Below are positions 53,608 through 58,877 of a stretch of DNA of 64,000 bases, piece after piece. The translations under genes were made by a program, and so were the position numbers. Every line of letters starts with the position of its first letter. Within the stretch, counting starts at the first letter, position 1. Location of the stretch: positions 1 through 64,000 of IMG/VR virus record IMGVR_UViG_3300027804_000001; one strand, 5' to 3'. The notes beneath the pieces are model-generated. The model did not search any database, had not been told where the DNA came from, and worked only from the letters and a program-made list of their open reading frames with translations. The stretch is from a virus. Taxonomy: Duplodnaviria; Caudoviricetes.

Positions 53608-53979
53608 TTAGTAGAGAATTTGCTTATTTTTTTCAAATATTTTGTATCCAAAGTCAATTCTTGTTTTAACTTGAGGTATTGAGAATTTTACAATTTCTTC
53701 TATCTCAATTATTAATTCGTTGTTTTCTCCTTTTAATTTTGAATTATCGTCGAAATATATATAACGATTTTTATCAAAATCTTTTCTCATTTTTTCATAT
53801 AAAACTTCATAATTTATTAATTCACAAACCATTTTTTCCATATGTAATAAATGAGGTGAAAGTTTTTTTAAAAGAAACGAGTTGTCAACTTTTTGTAGGT
53901 AGGCAAGTAAAACATATTGTTTTTGTTCAAAGTCAATCGGTGATTCCATATACCATGTAAGTGCTAGTTGATTCAACAT
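53608..53979 (-). CDS. Hypothetical protein
   Basis: 123-aa ORF, TATTTATA at 53993-54000. Confidence 0.7.
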   Translation of the reverse strand: MLNQLALTWYMESPIDFEQKQYVLLAYLQKVDNSFLLKKLSPHLLHMEKMVCELINYEVLYEKMRKDFDKNRYIYFDDNSKLKGENNELIIEIEEIVKFSIPQVKTRIDFGYKIFEKNKQILY

Positions 53980-54012
53980 TAAAATACTTTTTTATAAATA
54001 TTTTTAAATTTT

Positions 54013-54044
54013 CTTGTATTTTCATATACTTATTGTTATCTTTG
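54013..54044 (+). promoter_or_regulatory. Promoter region of tRNA block 1: host-type CTTG-N20-TATCTTTG plus CATATACTTAT motif
   Basis: TATCTTTG at 54037-54044; CATATACTTAT at 54023-54033, identical to 55680-55690. Confidence 0.7.
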
Positions 54045-54069
54045 TTAGAGATTTAAATAAAAAAGTTCG

Positions 54070-54174
54070 ATGAAACAAGTAAAACATATTATGCACTCGT
54101 TTACAATCTGTTCAAAATGGGCGGATGAGCGTGTTATGCTTTTGTCTCGAACTGAAGATATTAATAAGGGCTAA
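54070..54174 (+). CDS. Leader peptide 1 (34 aa: MKQVKHIMHSFTICSKWADERVMLLSRTEDINKG)
   Basis: ATG 54070 to TAA 54174; sits between promoter and terminator upstream of tRNA block 1. Confidence 0.8.
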   Translation: MKQVKHIMHSFTICSKWADERVMLLSRTEDINKG

Positions 54175-54233
54175 ATAAAGATTGGCTTTAAATATTCAGA
54201 ACCTCGGGACAAAATCTCGGGGTTTTTTGTTTT
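54140..54233 (+). promoter_or_regulatory. Attenuator 1: antiterminator (54140-54162 with 54191-54214) competing with terminator (54200-54224 plus U tract)
   Basis: TTTTGTCTCGA pairs with TCGGGACAAAA and CTGAA..TATT with AATATTCAG; terminator AACCTCGGGA-CAAAA-TCTCGGGGTT-TTTTGTTTTT. Confidence 0.8.
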
Positions 54234-54234
54234 T

Positions 54235-54307
54235 GGGCCGGATGTCAATGGCAGACCACCTGATTTGCAATCAGAGTGAATGGGTTCGATTCCCAACGCG
54301 TCCACCA
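54235..54307 (+). tRNA. tRNA-Ala(TGC), acceptor stem with two mismatches
   Basis: Loop TTTGCAA, G3-U70, TTCGATT, encoded CCA. Confidence 0.75.
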
Positions 54308-54368
54308 ACCCCCGAGTTTAGGAGCTGGTATCTCCGTTTCTCGATATAACTGAAAAACTACCACACAT

Positions 54369-54441
54369 TCTTAGGTAGCTCAATGGTGAGAGCATCCGTC
54401 TGATACGCGGAAGGTTGATGGTTCGAGTCCATCTCTAAGAA
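54369..54441 (+). tRNA. tRNA-Ile(GAT)
   Basis: TCCGT-CTGATAC-GCGGA; full cloverleaf. Confidence 0.95.
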
Positions 54442-54446
54442 CAATA

Positions 54447-54519
54447 GGAGATGAAGCTAACTTAGTAGAAGCGAAGGACTGAAAATCCTTAGGAGTTGGA
54501 GCGTAACCAACTATCTCCA
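54447..54519 (+). tRNA. tRNA-Phe(GAA) with non-canonical T-loop
   Basis: AAGGA-CTGAAAA-TCCTT; T arm GTTGG-AGCGTAA-CCAAC. Confidence 0.85.
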
Positions 54520-54524
54520 CAATT

Positions 54525-54598
54525 GACCTCTTAGCTCAGTTGGTTAGAGCACCTCACTTTTAATGAGGGAGTCCGCAGTTCGAGTCTGCGAGGGGTCA
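54525..54598 (+). tRNA. tRNA-Lys(TTT)
   Basis: CCTCA-CTTTTAA-TGAGG; full cloverleaf. Confidence 0.97.
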
Positions 54599-54604
54599 CA
54601 ATAC

Positions 54605-54675
54605 ATGGGTGTGGTGCAATGGTAGCATTCCGGTCTCCAAAACCGTCGATGGGAGTTCGAATCTCTCCACCCGTG
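54605..54675 (+). tRNA. tRNA-Trp(CCA)
   Basis: CCGGT-CTCCAAA-ACCGT; full cloverleaf. Confidence 0.95.
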
Positions 54676-54693
54676 CAAAAATTAAATAAATGT

Positions 54694-54764
54694 GGTCTCA
54701 TAGTTTAATGGAAAAACGTCTCGCTACGGACGAGATGATTGGGGTTCGAATCCCTGTGAGACCT
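54694..54764 (+). tRNA. tRNA-Arg(ACG)
   Basis: TCTCG-CTACGGA-CGAGA. Confidence 0.95.
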
Positions 54765-54796
54765 CTGTTCATTGTTCGAGAACAAAGAACAAATAA

Positions 54797-54867
54797 GTCA
54801 GGTTGGCCGAGTGGTTAGGCTGAGGTCTGCAAAACCTCCTACATTGGTTCGAATCCAATACTTGACT
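54797..54867 (+). tRNA. tRNA-Cys(GCA)
   Basis: GAGGT-CTGCAAA-ACCTC; U73. Confidence 0.96.
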
Positions 54868-54869
54868 CT

Positions 54870-54945
54870 GTGATAGATGTTCGTATGGTAGAACCCAAGA
54901 TTGTGGCTCTTGGATTAGCGGGTTCGAATCCCGTCTATCACCCCA
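54870..54945 (+). tRNA. tRNA-His(GTG), C73 but no encoded G-1
   Basis: CAAGA-TTGTGGC-TCTTG; encoded CCA; base -1 is T. Confidence 0.92.
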
Positions 54946-54946
54946 T

Positions 54947-55018
54947 TGTGGGGAGGTTAGGTAACCCGTTTGGTCTCATAAGCCAGATATTCAGGTTCGA
55001 TTCCTGGCCCCGCAACCA
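54947..55018 (+). tRNA. tRNA-Met(CAT), atypical (4-nt D-loop, U1-A72 paired, probably elongator)
   Basis: TTGGT-CTCATAA-GCCAG; D arm GGTT-AGGT-AACC; encoded CCA. Confidence 0.7.
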
Positions 55019-55036
55019 AAAAAAGATTAAAAATAT

Positions 55037-55067
55037 TTTGTGATTTCACAATTTATTCTTATCTTTG
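55037..55067 (+). promoter_or_regulatory. Internal Bacteroidota-type promoter upstream of tRNA-fMet
   Basis: TTTG (55037-55040) N19 TATCTTTG (55060-55067). Confidence 0.75.
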
Positions 55068-55077
55068 TAAAACAAAT

Positions 55078-55149
55078 CGCGAGATAGAGCAGCGGTAGCT
55101 CGGAAGGCTCATAACCTTTAGGTCGGGGGTTCGATTCCCTCTCTCGCAA
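55078..55149 (+). tRNA. Initiator tRNA-fMet(CAT)
   Basis: C1:A72 mismatch; GAAGG-CTCATAA-CCTTT. Confidence 0.9.
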
Positions 55150-55233
55150 CACTTGAGACTAACTCAACGAGGCTTTTGTCAACCAGAGCATGACTTGGAT
55201 GGTGCAGATTGAAGGTGGGTTAGAATCATTTTT

Positions 55234-55307
55234 GGTTTCTTGGTGTAGTGGCCTAACATGCCTCCCTGTCACGGAGGAGACCACGGGTTCGAATCCCGTA
55301 GGAACCG
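55234..55307 (+). tRNA. tRNA-Asp(GTC)
   Basis: CCTCC-CTGTCAC-GGAGG; G73. Confidence 0.97.
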
Positions 55308-55310
55308 CAA

Positions 55311-55472
55311 GTTGTTTCATACACTTAACACGCTTAGTAACAAAGCAAGGTACATAGAGTTACATAGAAGCATGGAGTGATTACCCGACGCTACATTCGG
55401 ACTACAAATGTGATTAGGTTCAGTCGTTGTAGAGAAAGAGATGTTAAGAGTAAACTTGCAAGTTGAAACAAC
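55311..55472 (+). ncRNA. Candidate 162-nt structured RNA between tRNA-Asp and tRNA-Ser
   Basis: Perfect terminal stem GTTGTTTCA/TGAAACAAC and inner CTTAACA/TGTTAAG; no ORF. Confidence 0.5.
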
Positions 55473-55476
55473 GATT

Positions 55477-55564
55477 GGAGAGATGGCAGAGTTGGCCGAT
55501 TGCGTCAGTCTTGAAAACTGAAGAACGGGAAACTGTTCCGTGGGTTCGAATCCTACTCTCTCCG
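55477..55564 (+). tRNA. tRNA-Ser(TGA)
   Basis: TCAGT-CTTGAAA-ACTGA; long variable arm; G73. Confidence 0.97.
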
Positions 55565-55569
55565 CACTT

Positions 55570-55641
55570 GCTCGGTTCGACTAGTGGTCAGGTCGCGTCC
55601 CTTTCACGGACGTAGCACGGGTTCGAATCCCGTACCGAGTA
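55570..55641 (+). tRNA. tRNA-Glu(TTC)
   Basis: CGTCC-CTTTCAC-GGACG. Confidence 0.97.
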
Positions 55642-55699
55642 CAAAAATTTTTTTATTATTTAAACTTTTTATATATTCACATATACTTATAAAACAGAG

Positions 55700-55804
55700 A
55701 TGAAGAATTTGAATAACATATCAACACTTAGTACGAGACCAGTTAATGGTAATGGGTATGGTGTGCAACCGTTATGTTACTCAAGTTCGGATTTCAAAAT
55801 GTAA
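55700..55804 (+). CDS. Leader peptide 2 (34 aa: MKNLNNISTLSTRPVNGNGYGVQPLCYSSSDFKM)
   Basis: ATG 55700 to TAA 55804; CATATACTTAT 9 nt upstream; terminator 23 nt downstream. Confidence 0.8.
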   Translation: MKNLNNISTLSTRPVNGNGYGVQPLCYSSSDFKM

Positions 55805-55866
55805 GATTCAATCTACCTAAGATATCGAAACCCGAACTCAACAAAAAAGTTCGGGTTTTTTGTTTT
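55784..55866 (+). promoter_or_regulatory. Attenuator 2: antiterminator (55784-55795 with 55827-55838) competing with terminator (55828-55858 plus U tract)
   Basis: AGTTCGGATTTC pairs 11/12 with GAAACCCGAACT; terminator AAACCCGAACT-N9-AGTTCGGGTTT-TTTGTTTT. Confidence 0.82.
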
Positions 55867-55895
55867 AGTAATTTTTTATTCTTATATTTTATTAG

Positions 55896-55907
55896 GTTCT
55901 TTGACAT
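55896..55907 (+). promoter_or_regulatory. boxA-like antitermination motif GTTCTTTGACAT; related copies at 59150 and 61548
   Basis: Resembles rrn boxA (TGCTCTTTAACA); copies precede tRNA block 2, the GOLLD-like RNA and tmRNA. Confidence 0.55.
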
Positions 55908-55920
55908 TGTGGGAAAATTT

Positions 55921-56005
55921 GCCGAGGTGATGGAATGGTAGACATGACAGACTTAAAATCTGTTGGGACGAAAGTCCCGTGCGGGTTCGACTCCCGCTCT
56001 CGGTA
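55921..56005 (+). tRNA. tRNA-Leu(TAA)
   Basis: ACAGA-CTTAAAA-TCTGT; long variable arm. Confidence 0.97.
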
Positions 56006-56044
56006 CAAACACTATCGTTCTTTGGAAATAAAGGAGAAAATAAT

Positions 56045-56290
56045 ATGGATATATTATCATTTATTTTAGGAATGTCCGTTGTGGTGGTTATCGCGGTTGC
56101 GGTAGTTGCTGTAATGGCCTTTGTTAAGGTGAGAAAACATAACAAAGAAATTGATGAAATTCATCAAATAATCGGAAGAGAAATTGATGTACAAAACAGA
56201 GAGCGTGAAACAATTGTTCAAGACATATATCGAACACTAGATTCACGACTTGATAAACTTGAAAGTAAATTAAACAGCCGTAAGGCATAA
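56045..56290 (+). CDS. Single-TM coiled-coil membrane protein embedded in the tRNA array
   Basis: Start moved to ATG 56045 (MDILSFILGM...); AAGGAG at 56031-56036. Confidence 0.8.
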   Translation: MDILSFILGMSVVVVIAVAVVAVMAFVKVRKHNKEIDEIHQIIGREIDVQNRERETIVQDIYRTLDSRLDKLESKLNSRKA

Positions 56291-56329
56291 CAATTAAATA
56301 AAAAACTTTCAAAGACGATAGTGTTAATT

Positions 56330-56404
56330 GGTCTGATAGTTAAACGGATATAACAACTCTCTTCTAAAGAGTAATTCGTGGTTCGATTCCACGTCGGACT
56401 ACCA
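56330..56404 (+). tRNA. tRNA-Arg(TCT)
   Basis: ACTCT-CTTCTAA-AGAGT; encoded CCA. Confidence 0.95.
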
Positions 56405-56406
56405 TT

Positions 56407-56480
56407 CGGGATTTAGTACAGTCCGGTAGTATGCTTGGTTTGGGACCAAGAGGTCGTAGGTTCGAATCCTGCAATCCCGA
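56407..56480 (+). tRNA. tRNA-Pro(TGG)
   Basis: CTTGG-TTTGGGA-CCAAG. Confidence 0.97.
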
Positions 56481-56485
56481 CACTT

Positions 56486-56557
56486 GTCTTCTTAGCTCAG
56501 CGGTAGAGCATCTCGCTGTTAACGAGAGGGTCCAAGGTTCGAAACCTTGAGAGGACG
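56486..56557 (+). tRNA. tRNA-Asn(GTT)
   Basis: TCTCG-CTGTTAA-CGAGA; G73. Confidence 0.97.
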
Positions 56558-56563
56558 CAAATT

Positions 56564-56647
56564 GGCCGAGTGGTGGAATGGTAGACACGTTGGTCTTAGG
56601 AACCAATGTTGAAAAACGTGAGAGTTCGAATCTCTCCTTGGTCACCA
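56564..56647 (+). tRNA. tRNA-Leu(TAG)
   Basis: TTGGT-CTTAGGA-ACCAA; encoded CCA. Confidence 0.97.
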
Positions 56648-56653
56648 ATAAAA

Positions 56654-56734
56654 TGGGGTATCGCATAGTGGCAATTGCGGGGGACTGTAAATCCCCTCTC
56701 ATTGAGTTCGGCGGTTCGAGTCCGTCTACCCCAA
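56654..56734 (+). tRNA. tRNA-Tyr(GTA)
   Basis: GGGGA-CTGTAAA-TCCCC; long variable arm. Confidence 0.96.
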
Positions 56735-56740
56735 CAAATT

Positions 56741-56814
56741 GGACTCGTAGCTCAGTTGGTCAGAGCAGGGCACTCATAATGCCAAGGTCGGGGGATCGTG
56801 ACCCTCCGGGTCCA
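56741..56814 (+). tRNA. tRNA-Ile2(CAT, lysidine type) probable; non-canonical T-loop
   Basis: AGAGCAGGGCA-CTCATAA-TGCC resembles Ile2 scaffolds; T-loop ATCGTGA; the only ATA codon of the two leaders is in this block's leader. Confidence 0.75.
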
Positions 56815-56818
56815 CAAT

Positions 56819-56893
56819 AGAAGATTAGCTCAGAGGAAGAGCATTTGGTTTACATCCAAAGGGTCGGGATTTCAAAATTCTCATCTTCTACCA
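56819..56893 (+). tRNA. tRNA-Val(TAC), weak T arm
   Basis: TTTGG-TTTACAT-CCAAA; T-loop TTCAAAA; encoded CCA. Confidence 0.88.
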
Positions 56894-56919
56894 AACTCGG
56901 AAGTAAAAACGAGACAAAT

Positions 56920-56995
56920 GCGGAAGTAGCTCATTAGGTAGAGCGTCTGCTTGCCAAGCAGAAGGTGGCCAGTTCGAGCCTGGTCTTCCGCTCCA
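56920..56995 (+). tRNA. tRNA-Gly(GCC)
   Basis: TCTGC-TTGCCAA-GCAGA; U73, encoded CCA. Confidence 0.97.
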
Positions 56996-56998
56996 CAA

Positions 56999-57072
56999 GC
57001 TTCCTTAGCTCAGCAGGCCAGAGCACGTGATTTGTAATCTCGGGGTCGTCAGTTCGATTCTGACAGGAAGCT
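56999..57072 (+). tRNA. tRNA-Thr(TGT)
   Basis: CGTGA-TTTGTAA-TCTCG (U:U in stem). Confidence 0.93.
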
Positions 57073-57130
57073 CAAAAGGACTTTAATGGTTGAAGTACAA
57101 AACTGACGTAGGTTAGTCCCACCTACAAAT

Positions 57131-57202
57131 GCAGATGTCGTATAATGGCTATTACTCCATCCTTCCAAGTTGGAGACGAAGGTTCGATTCCTTTCATCTG
57201 CT
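57131..57202 (+). tRNA. tRNA-Gly(TCC)
   Basis: CCATC-CTTCCAA-GTTGG (U:U in stem); U73. Confidence 0.95.
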
Positions 57203-57265
57203 CAATCATCAAAGAGACCGCTAAATCGAGTTAGTGAAAATCTACATTCTCAATGATGATTATTC

Positions 57266-57336
57266 TGTCCTTTAGTATAACGGTAGTACAGGTGGTTTTG
57301 GTCCATCTAGTTGGGGTTCGAATCCCTGAGGGACAA
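57266..57336 (+). tRNA. tRNA-Gln(TTG)
   Basis: GGTGG-TTTTGGT-CCATC; U1-A72. Confidence 0.95.
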
Positions 57337-57337
57337 C

Positions 57338-57577
57338 ATGGAATTAATAGCATACATAGGTGGAATATTACTTACAATTTGTGGTATACCTGAAGTCATT
57401 AGAACAATTAAAGATAAACGATGTCACTTAGGGTGGCCATTTTTATTATTATGGTTTTTTGGTGAGGTGTTTATGTTAATATATTCGGTTGATTTAAAAA
57501 GTTATCCATTAATAATGAATTATCTTTTTAATACCATTATTGTTGGGGTTATGTTATATTATAAAATAAAAAAATAA
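57338..57577 (+). CDS. PQ-loop / SemiSWEET-like three-TM protein
   Basis: IGGILLTICGIPEVIRTIK...; three hydrophobic helices; start moved to ATG 57338. Confidence 0.75.
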   Translation: MELIAYIGGILLTICGIPEVIRTIKDKRCHLGWPFLLLWFFGEVFMLIYSVDLKSYPLIMNYLFNTIIVGVMLYYKIKK

Positions 57578-57590
57578 AATAAAATAAACT

Positions 57591-57890
57591 ATGTGGTTAT
57601 ATGTCTTAGTATTTTTCTTTCAAGTTTTATTCAATGTTTTTAAAACTATGGAGATAAAATACACTTATGAGAATAAAGTTAAACAACTTGTGTTTAATTC
57701 GGTATGGATAAATCTTGTATCATTAGGTTCAACTTATTTTGCACTTGATAGATTATTTGCCAAAGATTGGACGGTTATTATTGTTTATATAAGTGGTAGT
57801 GTTTTTGGTAAATGGTGGGCAATGACACACTTTGTAAATTATGAAAATAAATTTTACGAATTTTTAAATAAAAGAAAAACAAAAAAATAA
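57591..57890 (+). CDS. Small three-TM membrane protein
   Basis: Hydrophobic helices, YISGSVFG. Confidence 0.7.
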   Translation: MWLYVLVFFFQVLFNVFKTMEIKYTYENKVKQLVFNSVWINLVSLGSTYFALDRLFAKDWTVIIVYISGSVFGKWWAMTHFVNYENKFYEFLNKRKTKK

Positions 57891-57893
57891 AAT

Positions 57894-58127
57894 ATGTATT
57901 TAACATTTCACATTATCTGTATCATTTATTGTATGTATCAACTAATAAAAAAATACAATAAATTATCAAATCCCGGTATGATTGGTGTATCTCCTGGTTT
58001 AGAGACCATTATGGTCATTGTATTAGCTCCTGCACTTGCAATTGTTGATGTATCATTAACATGGATTCGTTGGTATAAAGAAGCCGAAGAAGCTAGAAGA
58101 AGAAATGACGAAAGAAAAATTTTTTAG
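57894..58127 (+). CDS. Small two-TM membrane protein
   Basis: 77-aa ORF; its stop overlaps the first base of tRNA-Ser(GCT). Confidence 0.7.
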   Translation: MYLTFHIICIIYCMYQLIKKYNKLSNPGMIGVSPGLETIMVIVLAPALAIVDVSLTWIRWYKEAEEARRRNDERKIF

Positions 58128-58212
58128 GAGAGTTACCCAAGTTGGTGAAGGGGGCAGTTTGCTAAACTGTTAGGGTGTTAAAGCCGCGAGGGTTCGAGCC
58201 CCTCACTCTCCG
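58127..58212 (+). tRNA. tRNA-Ser(GCT)
   Basis: GCAGT-TTGCTAA-ACTGT; long variable arm; G73. Confidence 0.96.
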
Positions 58213-58217
58213 CAAAT

Positions 58218-58387
58218 TGTAGTGTGTTGAAAAACGATTGACACGCGTGTCAATCTGGCAGACAAGCCCTCCTGTCTCGGGGGTGTGGATAACGAAATAG
58301 ATTGGTAATATGGGGTAGACCACCATCCTGCAGGAATGTGTTATCAATTGAATCGCCTCGTGGATGGTTCGAATCCTCCCACTACAG
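58218..58387 (+). tRNA. 170-nt tRNA-Asp(GTC)-like RNA with D-loop hairpin insertion and 78-nt variable region
   Basis: Acceptor TGTAGTG/CACTACA + G73; anticodon arm CCCTC-CTGTCTC-GGGGG; T-loop TTCGAAT. Confidence 0.7.
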
Positions 58388-58415
58388 CTAAAATAATTAT
58401 AGTAAATGAAATGAA

Positions 58416-58877
58416 ATGAAACAATTTAGAACTCTCTATGGGACAAATATTCCTAACTTGATTGAGTATGTTAGAGAATACATCTCAACAAGAGAGAACG
58501 TAGAAATTCTCATCGGATCTGACTCACAATGTTATGGAAATAAGAAAACCATTTATGGTGTTGTAATAGCATTATATACACCAGGGAAAGGTGCACATGT
58601 TTTATGTACTCGTGAGACAACTTCGATGGAATATAATACACCATCTAGATTGTTAAATGAGGTTTGGAAATCTATTGAAATTGCGGAATGGTTAAAAGAA
58701 AATGGATTACCTAAACCTACATGGATTGATATTGATTTAAATCCTGACCCAAAGTATAAATCTAATTCCGTATTAAGACAGGCAGTTGGTTTAGTCGAGG
58801 GTATGGGATATAAAGTTAGGTATAAACACTTAGGTGCGTTAACAACATATGCTGCTAATCATTTAGTACGTATTTAA
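58416..58877 (+). CDS. RNase H-like YkuK/DUF458 family protein
   Basis: ILIGSDSQ, GKGAHV, RLLNEVWKSIEIA, IDIDLN. Confidence 0.85.
   Translation: MKQFRTLYGTNIPNLIEYVREYISTRENVEILIGSDSQCYGNKKTIYGVVIALYTPGKGAHVLCTRETTSMEYNTPSRLLNEVWKSIEIAEWLKENGLPKPTWIDIDLNPDPKYKSNSVLRQAVGLVEGMGYKVRYKHLGALTTYAANHLVRI

Noticed and set aside
55882-58347. ORFs 55882-56145, 56124-56312, 56364-56702, 56578-56820, 58162-58347 and the 5' extensions of 55979 and 57311
   Set aside because: They overlap clear tRNA genes; only the ATG-56045 and ATG-57338 portions are credible CDSs.
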